DNA from: Macrostomum lignano
Taxonomy: Eukaryota
Direction: 5' to 3'
Assembly: GCA_002269645.1 (NCBI GenBank)
Contig: NIVC01003057.1
Span: forward strand, 125,564 to 161,067
Length of the DNA stretch: 35,504 nt
The number at the start of each line of letters is the position of its first letter. Position 1 is the first letter of the stretch. This document shows, one piece after another, positions 8,185 to 20,430 of this stretch. Position numbers and translations under genes: made by a program. The notes below the pieces were generated by a model that searched no databases, was not told the origin of the DNA, and saw only the letters and a list, made by a program, of their open reading frames with translations.

Positions 8185-9618
8185 CAGAAGAGATGGGAGA
8201 GGTGAGAGTGAGGGAGAGAAAGTGAGATAGAGGGAAAGTGAATATGAGAGGAATAGAGTTGAGATCGGAGGGAGAGAGTGGAGATGGGAGAGAGGAGATT
8301 GGACGGAGAGTGATGGGAGAGTGGGGATGGGAGAGTGGAGATGGGAGAGTGGGGATAAGAGGGAGAGGAAATGGGAGGGAGAGTGGAGATGGAAGGGAGA
8401 GTGGGGATGGGAGGGAGAGTGGAGATGGGAGAGTGGGGATGGGAGAGTGGGGATGGGAGAGTGGGGATGGGTGAGTGGGGATGGAAGGGAGAGTGGAGAC
8501 GGGAGAGTGGGGATGGGAGGGAGAGTGGAGACGGGAGAGTGGGGATGGGAGAGTGGGATGGGAGAGTGGGATGGGAGAGTGGAGATGGGAGAGTGGGGAT
8601 GGGAGAGTGGAGATGGGAGAGTGGGGATGGGAGAGTGGGGATGGGAGAGTGGAGATGGGAGAGTGGGGATGGGAGAGTGGGGATGGGAGAGTGGAGATGG
8701 GAGAGTGGGGATGGGAGAGTGGGGATGGGAGAGTGGGGATGGGAGAGTGGGGATGGGAGAGTGGGGATGGGAGAGTGGAGATGGGAGAGTGGGGATGGGA
8801 GAGTGGAGATGGGAGAGTGGAGATGGGAGAGTGGGGATGGGAGAGTGGGGATGGGAGAGTGGGGATGGGAGAGTGGGGATGGGAGAGTAGGGATGGGAGA
8901 GTGGAGATCGGAGAGTGGGGATGGGAGAGTGGGGATGGGAGAGTGGGGATGGGAGAGTGGGGATGGGAGAGTGGAGATGGGAGAGTGGAGATGGGAGAGT
9001 GGGGATGGGAGAGTGGGGATGGGAGAGTGGGGATGGGAGAGTGGAGATGGGAGAGTGGGGATGGGAGAGTGGGGATGGATGAGTGGGGATGGAAGGGAGA
9101 GTGGAGACGGGAGAGTGGGGATGGGAGGGAGAGTGGAGACGGGAGAGTGGGGATGGGAGGGAGAGAGGAGATGGGAGGGAGAGTGGGGATGGGAGAGTGG
9201 GGATGGGAGAGTGGAGATGGGAGAGTGGGGATGGGAGAGTGGGGATGGGAGAGTGGGGATGGGAGAGTGGAGATGGGAGAGTGGAGATGGGAGAGTGGGG
9301 ATGGGAGGGAGAGAGGAGATGGGAGGGAGAGTGGGGATGGGAGGGAGAGAGGAGATGGGAGGGAGATGGGAGGGAGAGAGGAGATGGGAGGGAGAGTGGA
9401 GATGGGAGGGAGAGAGGAGATGGGAGGGAGAGTGGAGATGGGAGGGAGAGTGGGGATGGGAGGGAGAGTGGAGATGGGAGGGAGAGTGGGGATGGGAGGG
9501 AGAGTGGGGATGGGAGGGAGAGAGGAGATAGGAGTGAGAGAGTTGAGACGGGAGAGAGGAGATGGGAGGAAGAGAGTTGAGATTGGAAGGAGAGAAGAGA
9601 TGAGAGGAGATGGGAGGC
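8185..9618 (+). repeat. G-rich minisatellite, 14-bp GGGAGAGTGGGGAT with 18-bp GGGAGGGAGAGTGGAGAT variants
   Basis: Direct reading. The overlapping 165-524 aa ORFs in several frames are repeat translations. Confidence 0.95.
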
Positions 9619-10229
9619 AGATCAATGCAGGATTCTGTTACGAGCTATACAACCTCAAACACCGGGAAAACATTCATGCCGGAAATTCTCCATCGCCCAA
9701 CCTGCCGGGGGGGGGGGGGGTTGGGGATGTAGGTATTTGGCTGCGCGCGTGTCTCGCTCGCCTATCTGCGAGTGGAGACTTGAGTCCGGTCGAACTTTCA
9801 TTAGAATTTAATAAGCTTGAGTGTGTTTGGTCACGCCGCCGCCTTTGGTTGCGGTCTCGCTGGCCTAGGTGCGCGTGACTCCTGTTTTGGCAGGTGCGTG
9901 CCTGGGGACTCGCTGTGACTGGCTCTATAATATATGGCTTGAAATGAAATTCAAAATTGGACTGATTGAATCGGTGTTGCTGTCTCGGCGTAGCTGGGGT
10001 TGAGAGTGGTCGCATGCTTTTATTGCTTGAATTTCGGTTGAAGTGGGCTAATCTATGCATATACATAAATATATATGGCATACTTGATTGCGGTTGATAC
10101 ACAACTTTTCGGCAAAAGCTTTCTGGATTCTGTACAAAAAAATAATGGATGTTGTGGAGGTGTTAGGGGCCACTTGCTGTTTCTGAGGCGTCCTTGATGC
10201 CTCTGGTGTCCTTTCACTTGCGTCCATCA

Positions 10230-10632
10230 GTTGTTTTTGGCGCCAATCGGTTGTTTTAGATAATCGGTCAATCGGTCGTTTTTGGCGCCAATCGGTTGTT
10301 TTTGGCGCCAATCGGTTGTTTTAGACAATCGGTCGTTTTTGGCGCCAATCGGTTGTTTTTGGCACCAATCGGTTGTTTTTGGCGCCAATCAGTTGTTTTT
10401 TTACACCAATCGGTTGTTTTAAACAATCGGTTGTTTTTGGCGCCAATCAGTTGTTTCTGGCACCAATCTGTTGTTTTTGGCACCAATAGGTTGCTTTTGG
10501 CGCCAATAGGTTGCTTTTGGCACCAATCGGTTGTTTTTGGCGCCAATAGGTTGTTTTTAGCGTCAATCGGTTGTTTTTTAGCGTCAATCGGTTGTTTTTA
10601 GCGTCAATCAGTTGCTTTTGGCGCCAATTGGT
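10230..10632 (+). repeat. About 20-bp minisatellite with palindromic TTGGCGCCAA core
   Basis: Unit TTGGCGCCAATCGGTTGTTT with variants. Confidence 0.93.
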
Positions 10633-11394
10633 TGTATGAATGGGCACCCCATTCAACTGCATTCGTTGAGAGCGACAAACAGAAAGGCAAAGAAGATTTT
10701 CTTTCAATCAATGCAAATTGGTTGCCACCTTTTCTGTGGCCTCCCAGTTTCAAGAGGGCCGCACGGCACGCCCAGTCTCCCTTAATTGTTGTGGCCCTGG
10801 GAAAAACCAGTTCGTTCACACCCGAGCAGCCGTGGGAGACGGCCATGCTGCGAGTGGATACTCTGACTATGAAGAGAATTAATTGAAAGGGAAATTACAG
10901 TTTAATAAAGGAAGAACCAAAATAGATGGCATTGGGGAGAACAAAGGTTTGGTATGAGACTAGCAAAAGAACCTGTCATCCATTGTGTTGTGTCTTGGTC
11001 AGCATTTCACTATCAATATGCTTTTTTTTGCCTAAGTAGGCACGTGACCCGGGCCTTCCGAATTCAGAAATCTGTGCTCAGTGAGTTTTTTATTTGCGTT
11101 TTTGTTTTATTGTCATCGAATTTATTCGAAAATTAATAGCCGCCGCAGACCCGTAGTTGCAGTTGGCTTGGCAACCTAGAGAATTATGCGAAGATAAAGG
11201 CGAGATATGAACAAGGGGGATGGGGCCATCCGCAGTTTCATTCGATCACGTGACAGCTGGTAATTAAAATATAACAAATCGAGTATAAACTGATTCAAAA
11301 TTTGCAATTATTCAGATGCGAATTTTAGCATTTGAAGGGCCATTTCTCAAGTCAAGTGTGCCATTTCTAATAGTAAAATTTCCATTTCTTAAAT

Positions 11395-11997
11395 TCAAAG
11401 CGCCATTTCTCAGATCCGAAGCGCCATTTCTCAGATCCGAAGCGCCATTTCTCAGATCCGAAGCGCCATTTCTCAGATCCGAAGCGCCATTTCTCAGATC
11501 CGAAGCGCCATTTCTCAGATCCGAAGCGCCATTTCTCAGATCCGAAGCGCCATTTCTCAGATCCGAAGCGCCATTTCTCAGATCCGAAGCGCCATTTCTC
11601 AGATCCGAAGCGCCATTTCTCAGATCAGCGCCATTCTCAGATCCAGCGCCAGTTCTCAGATCCAAACCACCAGTTCTCAGATCCGAAGCGCCATTAATCA
11701 GATCTACAGCGCCATTTCTCAGATCCGAGGCGCCATTTCTTAGATTCTAAGCGCCATTTTTCATACCCAAAGCGCCACTCCTCATACCCAAAGCGCCATT
11801 TCTCAGATCCGAGGCACCATTTCTCAGATCCTTAGCGCCATTTCTCATACCCAAAGCGCCATTTCTCAGATCCAAAGCGCCATTTCTCAGATCCAAACCA
11901 CCATTTCTCAGATCCAAACCACCAGTTCTCAGATCTACAGCGCCATTTCTCAGATCCGAGGCGCCATTTCTCAGATCTACAGCGCCATTTCTCATAT
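11395..11997 (+). repeat. 21-bp minisatellite GCGCCATTTCTCAGATCCGAA
   Basis: About 11 perfect copies followed by diverged copies. Confidence 0.95.
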
Positions 11998-12604
11998 TCG
12001 AGTGCCACTTTGTCCATCGAATGTGCCAAAGCAAATCATTGAGAAACCGGACCCACTGGTTAACAAAGAAATCGTTGACATGAAAAAGTTCGTCAACAGA
12101 AGGCCTCAAGCAGACCGCAGACGATACAAAACGTCTCTAATGTCTTCGATTTTTTATCTAGGAAACAAATTATAGTTCAAAACACTTTTTTTCATATCAG
12201 AGTTTTTCATCCGCCAGATCTCTATGGGTTAAATTTGAGTCAGCATAACGGCAAATTACCCTGCTTCTTCTTCTGATTTCTGAGCTCAGGTCACGCCGCG
12301 TTGCTAGGGCAAGCTTGTCTGCAATAAAACTGACTGAAGGTGTGCCGGCGAGTCGAAAGAGTGTTGGAACTGAGGATGGAGCTAGTTCGGAGTACCAGCA
12401 TCTCTTATCGGGTTTCAGGTGTCTCCAGGATCCCCCCCCCCATTGTCAGGCAGAGTCCTGCGGAGTCCCGATTGCAGGACGAGTAATTGCCGGGACGCAC
12501 GTGTTCCCGAATTGCTGCCTGTTTTCTACAATTTTGCTGAAATTATCAGTTTTCATCAACTAAAGTTGCACGTCCAGGCGAACCCGCATGGCAACAGAGC
12601 TTAG

Positions 12605-13210
12605 GGAAACGGAGAGGAAAGTAGAGGAGCGGAGAGAGAAGTAGAGGGGCAGAGAGAAAGTAGAGGGGCGGATAGGGAAGTAGAGGAGCGGAGAGAGAAG
12701 TAGAGGAGGGGAAAGAAATTAGAGGGGGCGGATAAGGAAGTAGAGAGACGGATAAGCAAGTAGAGAGCGGATAAGGAAGTAGAGGGGCGGATAAGGAAGT
12801 AGAGGGGCGGATAAGGAAGCAGAGGGGCGGATAAGGAAGTAGAGGGGCGGATAAGGAAGTAGAGGGGCGGAAAGAAAAGTAGAGGAGCGGAGAGAGATGG
12901 AGAGAGGCGGATAGGAAAGTAGAGAGCGGATAAGGAAGTAGAGAGACGGATAAGCAAGTAGAGAGCGGATAAGGAAGTAGAGGGGCGGATAAGGAAGTAG
13001 AGGGGCGGATAAGGAAGCAGAGGGGCGGAAAGAAAAGTAGAGGAGCGGAGAGAGATGGAGAGAGGCGGATAGGGAAGTAGAGAGCGGATAAGGAAGTAGA
13101 GAGACGGATAAGGAAGTAGAGGAGCGGGGAGGGAAGTAGAGGAGCGGAGAGAGAAGTAGAGGGGCGGATAAGAAAGTAGAGGGGCGGATAAGAAAGCAGA
13201 AGGGGCGGAG
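12605..13210 (+). repeat. Purine-rich 20-bp minisatellite GATAAGGAAGTAGAGGGGCG
   Basis: Direct reading. Confidence 0.92.
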
Positions 13211-13639
13211 TGGGTGAGCCAGTCGCTCCAAGGCCCCTCTCGTGAGCCCAAGGTGCTGTCCACAATTTCCGAGCGTCTCAGCAGCTGCTCCAGGCCACAT
13301 CCACCAGTTTTTGATGGTGGCCGGTCACGCTCGCTCACCGAACGTTTCCGTCGTGCTCGCATAAAATTTATTGCTTGAATTTTTCTGCTCGATATGAAAG
13401 CGAACTATTGCGCAGCACAATTTAATATTCGCCCAACCAATGCCGTCAGTGGTGGCCCGTTTTCCCATCGTGCGACACCAGAAGGGATCGAGAAGAGCGA
13501 GCACGTTGGCCGCCAAATATCGGTGTGACCGAAAATACTTTCATCTAGTGTTGTTGACTCGTGTTGTTGTGCGCATGTTCCTGCTTTCATTCGTGGTCTG
13601 CCTGATCTTTTATCTACCTCTCCACCTCCTTCTTAATCT

Positions 13640-14196
13640 CTCCCTCTACGAGCTACATCTCTCTCCCTCTACGAGCTACATCTCTCTCCCTCTACGAGCT
13701 ACATCTCTCTCCCTCTACGAGCTACATCTCTCTCCCTCTACGAGCTACATCTCTCTCCCTCTTAATCTCCTTCTTAATCTCTCCCTCTACGAGCTACATC
13801 TCTCTCCCTCTACGAGCTACATCTCTCTCCCTCTACGAGCTACATCTCTCTCCCTCTTAATCTCCTTCTTAATCTCTCCCTCTATGAGCTACATCTCTCT
13901 CCCTCTACGAGCTACATCTCTCTCCCTCTACGAGCTACATCTCTCTCCCTCTACGAGCTACATCTCTCTCCCTCTACGAGCTACATCTCTCTCCCTCTAC
14001 GAGCTACATCTCTCTCCCTCTACGAGCTACATCTCTCTCCCTCTACGAGCTACATCTCTCTCCCTCTACGAGCTACATCTCTCTCCCTCTTAATCTCCTT
14101 CTTAATCTCTCCCTCTCCATCTCTCCCTCCATCTCCCTCTCTCTCTCCCTCTCCATCTCCCTCTCTCTCTCCCTCTCCATCTCCGTCTCTCTCCCC

Positions 14197-14263
<67 letters not shown>

Positions 14264-14320
14264 TCCCTCCCATCTCCCTCTCCCTCTCATCCCCTCCTTC
14301 AATATTTTTTTTCTAATTTA
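13640..14320 (+). repeat. 23-bp minisatellite TCTACGAGCTACATCTCTCTCCC followed by a (CT)n/CT-rich tract
   Basis: Direct reading; pure (CT)n near 14200-14258. Confidence 0.93.
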
Positions 14321-14989
14321 TTCGGTGCATTTTATTCCATTTGCAATATCTGTACGAAAAAATGCGAGTTCGCTTCAATCCCTCAAACTGGTCGCTACGA
14401 GACAAGACAAAGACTCTCTACACCTGCATTGTTCTCTCGCACAAATACCCTTATATTCGTAGTAAAATACCTTCAGCTCTTAACAGCTTTTAGAGGAAGC
14501 TTGGCCCAGCCTCCGGGGTTATGAAGCAGCTCTCTGTGAGTGTCATTGAGCGGCGCTGGCCAAACAACTTCAAGAGCTGTGCCCGAAAATCACCCCCGAC
14601 CCAAACCCTTAGGGAATAAAGACACGGAGAGGGGAGTCAGAGACAAAGGAAGCTGCTCAGAGGTTTCTATCCTTCCTTCATCCCCCGCCTCAGTTTCATA
14701 AGTCTCCCGAAGCTCCAGTAGACCAGTAGCCCTGGCTGTTTATTCTCCCTCTCTCTCTCTCTCTCGACGCGCCGGTTGCCACCCGCCGAGCCCTCTTATT
14801 TTCCAGAAAAATGCAAGCGGCTATGGTCGAGCGCCAGTAAATGTGGGCGCCCAGACGCAAAAAACCTCTTCAATGGGGTAATTATAAGGGATTTTCAATT
14901 TGGGCTGTTGTTTTTGTCTTGACGATGGCTCTGCTTTTGATTGTGGATTTGCCTGTTCGAGATTGATCATTTGGTTGCTTTGGGGACTC

Positions 14990-15700
14990 TACCATTTCCC
15001 CTCTACTCTCTCCCCTCTACTCTCTCCCCTCTACTCTCTCCCCTCTACTCTCTCCCCTCTACTCTCTCCCCTCTACTCTCTCCCCTCTACTCTCTCCCCT
15101 CTACTCTCTCCCCTCTACTCTTTCCCATCTACTCTCCTATCTACTCTCTCCATCTAATCTCTTCTCTCTACTCTCTCCTCTCTACTCTCCAATCTACTCT
15201 CCTATCTACTCTCTACCCTCTACTCTCTCCCCTGTACTCTCTCCCCTCTCTACTTTCTCCCCTCTCTACTCTATCCCATCTACTCTCTCCCATCTACTCT
15301 CCTATCTACTCTCTCGCATCTACTCTCTCTCATCTACTCTTCTATCTATTCTCTCCCTCTACTCTTCCATCTACTCTCCTATCTACTCTCTACCCTCTAC
15401 TCTCTCCCCTGTACTCTCTCCCCTCTCTACTTTCTCACCTCTACTCTATCCCATCTACTCTCTCCCATCTACTCTCCTATCTACTCTCTGGTATCTACTC
15501 TCTCTCATCTACTTTTCTATCTATTCTCTTCCATCTACTCTCCTATCTACTCTCTCCTCTCTACTCTCTCCCATCTCTACTTTCTCCCCTCTCTACTCTA
15601 TCTCATCTACTCTCGCTTATCTACTCTCTTATCTACTCTCTCGCATCTACTCTCTCCCATCTAATCTCTCCCATCTACTATCTCCCATCTACATCTTCCT
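14990..15700 (+). repeat. Pyrimidine-rich 14-bp minisatellite CTACTCTCTCCCCT
   Basis: Homogeneous at the left end and diverged to the right; flanked by a 35-bp direct repeat. Confidence 0.92.
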
Positions 15701-16169
15701 CTATTGCCTGTTCGAGATTGACCATTTGGTTGCTTTGGTAGAAGGTATTCAGCAATAAAAAGATGAATTCTTGCTTCAATTTATTTCGAGAATATTAGAG
15801 ACTGAACTCATTGAACTCACCAGATGCTGCTTGTACAAAACTCTATGACTCGAACCCCAGCGATTTCAGTTTGCCCTTTGACTCTTAACCCCAGGATATC
15901 ACGACGGTTTCACTGGATAATTCGTTAAACTGTTATTATCTTCCCTATCATGGATAATTTGGGATTTTTGTTCAGTCTGGCAAACAAATTATTGCATGGT
16001 ATGCTTAGCCTACAAGCTTTAGATAATGGAGTTTATCAGCCTGTATATGTGAGAATGAGAACGTTTTAAAACGACTACTATTGCAGAGAGGTTAAATGTC
16101 ATCAGGCGCAGTTGCTTTGATTTTTGATAAGCTGGGTACACAGATGGAGGTGAAGAGATTGAGGTGCAT

Positions 16170-17245
16170 ACAAATTGAGGTTGAAAGGTTGAGGTACACA
16201 GATTGCGGTACATAGATCGAGATACACAGATCGAGATACACAGATCGAGGTACACAGATTGAGGTACACAGATTGAGGTACACAGATTGAGGTACACAGA
16301 TTGAGGTACACAGATCGAGATACACAGATCGAGATACACAGATTGAGGTACACAGATTGAGGTACACAGATTGAGGTACACAGATCGAGATACACAGATC
16401 GAGATACACAGATCGAGATACACAGATCGAGGTACACAGATTGAGGTACACAGATTGAGGTACACAGATTGAGGTACACAGATCGAGATACACAGATCGA
16501 GATACACAGATTGAGGTACACAGATTGAGGTACACAGATTGAGGTACACAGATTGAGGTACACAGATTGAGGTACACAGATCGAGATACACAGATCGAGA
16601 TACACAGATTGAGGTACACAGATTGAGGTACACAGATCGAGATACACAGATCGAGATACACAGATCGAGATACACAGATCGAGATACACAGATCGAGATA
16701 CACAGATCGAGGTACACAGATTGAGGTACACAGATTGAGGTACACAGATTGAGGTACACAGATTGAGGTACACAAATTGAGGTACACAGATCGAGATACA
16801 CAGATCGAGATACACAGATCGAGATACACAGATCGAGATACACAGATCGAGGTACACAGATTGAGGTACACAGATTGAGGTACACAGATTGAGGTACACA
16901 GATTGAGGTACACAGATTGAGGTACACAGATTGAGGTACACAAATTGAGGTACACAGATCGAGATACACAGATCGAGATACACAGATCGAGATACACAGA
17001 TCGAGATACACAGATCGAGGTACACAGATTGAGGTACACAGATTGAGGTACACAGATTGAGGTACACAGATTGAGGTACACAGATTGAGGTACACAGATC
17101 GAGATACACAGATCGAGATACACAGATTGAGGTACACAGATTGAGGTACACAGATTGAGGTACACAGATTGAGGTACACAGATCGAGATACACAGATCGA
17201 GATACACAGATCGAGGTACACAGATTCAGGTACACAGATTGAGGT
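16170..17245 (+). repeat. 14-bp two-variant minisatellite (GATTGAGGTACACA / GATCGAGATACACA)
   Basis: Direct reading. The 371-421 aa minus-strand ORFs are its translations. Confidence 0.95.
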
Positions 17246-17974
17246 ATTTTTCAACAAATGGGCGGAGATGGTCAAAGTCAGCATTTAAAAACCCTGCCAA
17301 GTCTTGAACAGGTCACTTCAAACTGTTTGAGAGGCCGAGAAAGGAGACGGGGAGAGAAAGCCAGTGGCACTTGACCTTATGCCACAAAGCTCTCCATTTC
17401 ACTCTAACAGATGGGTTAATAAAGATATTTTAACAACAACACACAGCTTGGTGAATGACTTGAGAGCACGAGGAGGGAGGGGGTTTTTAATCCGCCGGCC
17501 AGTCATTGCTTTGAAGTTTATTGCGCAAGTGCAACAGTGATCCTAACAGAGTGCGCAATCAGGCTCAAGCCGCCAGTGCACTGTAAACACACCATTAAGG
17601 GTTGAATAATAATGGTAGAGAAGCGGAGACAATGGTCAGTTGCCTCATCCGCAATCGATTGAATTTCTTCTGAGTGACTTTCTGTGTTTTGTTTGCTTTT
17701 TAGGCTAACCCACCACACGTTGAGTGGCCCCTCCGCCCGCCCGCACGCGTTTAAAACTCTACTTAAAAATATTTTAACGGCTGCGGCTGCGGGCGGGTGC
17801 TCAGGGCCACTCAACTCTGCTGGTGGGTCACTTGACTGGCCACCCCAACCTCTGGAGTCCACCTGGCGGCCACTGCTACCCGCTAAACCTCATCCATGGA
17901 GTCCTCGATACAAGAATCTGGACAAATGACTTTGTTATGCCGTTTTTACTAAATTTATCTACACTTATTCAGGA

Positions 17975-19368
17975 AGACTCTAGTTTGTGAAGATTCTACT
18001 TTGTGAAGATTCTATGGCTTTCTGAAGATTCTATGGTTTGTGAAGATTCTATGGCTGTTGAAGATTCTATGGTTTGTGAAGATTCTATGGTTTGTGAAGA
18101 TTCTATGGTTTGTGAAGATTCTATGTTTGTGAAGATTCTATGGTTTGTGAAGATTCTATGTTTGTGAAGATTCTATGGTTTGTGAAGCTTCTATGGTTTG
18201 TGAAGATTCTATGGTTTGTGAAGATTCTATGGTTTTGAAGATTCTATGGTTTTCTGAAGATTCTATGGTTTGTGAAGATTCTATGGTTTGTGAAGATTCT
18301 ATGGTTTGTGAAGATTCTATGGTTTGTGAAGATTCTATGGTTTGTGAAGATTCTATGGCTTTGTGAAGATTCTATGGTTTGTGAAGATTCTATGGTTTGT
18401 GAAGATTCTATGGTTTCTGAAGATTCTATGGTTTGTGAAGATTCTATGGTTTGTGAAGATTCTATGGTTTGTGAAGATTCTATGGTTTGTGAAGATTCTA
18501 TGGTTTGTGAAGATTCTATGGTTTGTGAAGATTCTATGGCTGTTGTGAAGATTCTATGGTTTGTGAAGATTCTATGGTTTCTGAAGATTCTATGGTTTGT
18601 GAAGATTCTATGGTTTGTGAAGATTCTATGGTTTGTGAAGATTCTATGGTTTGTGAAGATTCTATGGTTTGTGAAGATTCTATGGTTTGTGAAGATTATA
18701 TGGTTTGTGAAGATTCTATGGTTTGTGAAGATTCTATGGTTTGTGAAGATTCTATGGTTTGTGAAGATGCTAGGTTTGTGAAGATTCTATTTTGTGAAGA
18801 TGCTAGTTTGTGAAGATTATATTTTGTGAAGATGCTAGTTTGTGAAGATTCTATTTTGTGAAGATGCTAGTTTGTGAAGATGCTAGTTTGTGAAGATTCT
18901 ATTTTGTGAAGATGCTAGTTTGTGAAGATGCTAGTTTTGAAGATTCTATTTTGTGAAGATGCTAGTTTGTGAAGATTCTATTTTGTGAAGATGCTAGTTT
19001 GTGAAGATGCTAGTTTGTGAAGATTCTATTTTGTGAAGATGCTAGTTTGTGAAGATGCTATTTTGTGAAGATGCTAGTTTGTGAAGATGCTAGTTTGTGA
19101 AGATTCTATTTTGTGAAGATGCTAGTTTGTCAATATTCTAGTTTGTGAAGATTCTATTTTGTGAAGATGCTAGTTTGTCAATATTCTAGTTTGTGAAGAT
19201 TCTATTTTGTGAAGATGCTAGTTTGTGAAGATTCTATTTTGTGAAGATGCTAGTTTGTCAATATTCTAGTTTGTGAAGATTCTATTTTGTGAAGATGCTA
19301 GTTTGTGAAGATTCTATTTTGTGAAGATGCTAGTTTGTCAAGATTCTAGTTTGTGAATATTCTAGTTT
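17975..19368 (+). repeat. Compound minisatellite: 18-bp GTTTGTGAAGATTCTATG then 16-bp TTTGTGAAGAT(G/T)CTA(G/T)
   Basis: Unit length switches near 18760-18790. Confidence 0.95.
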
Positions 19369-19824
19369 CAACCCCAATGTACCTATTTTGACTAAAAGTT
19401 GAAAATAAAGCTTTTGATTTGAGTAAGCAATCCAGATTCTCTTTCACGATATCCTTGGCCTACCCGCAGATTTCACACGAAGTCGATTAAAAATGGCGAA
19501 TAAAAATGAAATTAACTCCAAAGAGAAGGCAGCCCGCCACTTTGCCTGCGCACCCAAAACGCCCTCAAGGCCAGTGTTGTATGAGTTCGAGTTTAAAATT
19601 CTTCAAGTTTTACAGCTACATGTACATTTTAAGTTTTGATACAGAATTGCGTGCGACTGGCTTTGATTTCATTCAGTTCTGAATCAAGTTTTTGCGTGCA
19701 AAGACCAACTGTGAAGTGCAGCGGGTCAGGGTCAGTGCTTCATCGCGCTTGAGCAGGACTCCAATGGCTTGCTGTGGTCTGTCAGCTGACTTCATTGCCA
19801 TGCTGTTCGCGCATTTTCTTCTGC

Positions 19825-20430
19825 CCTCTACTTACTCTCATCTACTTTCTCTCCTCTACTCCCTACTATCTACTCTCTCCCCTTTTCTCTCTCCCCTCGA
19901 CTCTCTCCCATATATACTCTTTCTTCTACTCTCTCCACTCTACTCTCTCCTACACTCTTCCCCATCTACTCTCTATCTTTATCATCTACTCTCTCCCATC
20001 TACTCTCTCCCATCTACTCTCTTCCCTCTACTCTCTCCAATCTACTCTCTCCGCTCTACTCTCTTCATTCTACTCTCTCCAATCTACTCTCTCCGCTCTA
20101 CTCTCTTCACTGTACTCTCTCCAATCTACTCTCTCCGCTCTACTCTCTTCACTGTACTCTCTCCAATCTACTCTCTCCGCTCTACTCTCTTCACTGTACT
20201 CTCTCCAATCTACTCTCTCCGCTCTACTCTCTTCACTGTACTCTCTCCAATCTACTCTCTCCGCTCTACTCTCTTCACTGTACTCTCTCCAATCTAACTC
20301 TCTCCGCTCTACTCTCTTCACTCTACTCTCTCCCCTCTCTAGTTTCTCCCCTCTCTTCTCTCTCCCATCTACTCTCCTATCTACTCTCTCCCCTCTACTC
20401 TACTCTACTCTACTCTACTCCACTCCCCTA
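19825..20430 (+). repeat. Pyrimidine-rich minisatellite with 42-bp (3x14) higher-order unit
   Basis: AATCTACTCTCTCCGCTCTACTCTCTTCACTGTACTCTCTCC repeated about 6 times; related to the 14990-15700 array. Confidence 0.92.

Noticed and set aside
8051-9878. ORFs of 165-524 aa in several frames
   Set aside because: Translations of the G-rich minisatellite, open on both strands, with no splice or domain evidence. The same applies to ORFs over the arrays at 2.0, 4.5, 10.2, 11.4, 12.6, 13.6, 15.0, 16.2, 18.0, 19.8, 23.0 and 33.3 kb.
10014-13383. Shared TTTTATTGCTTGAATTT at about 10017 and 13366 as paralogous exons
   Set aside because: AT-rich 17-mer; only one copy has plausible splice sites and the similarity does not extend.
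15840-15910. Minus-strand tRNA-derived SINE head (GGTTCGAGTC)
   Set aside because: Only a B-box-like motif; no acceptor stem, tail or target-site duplication visible.
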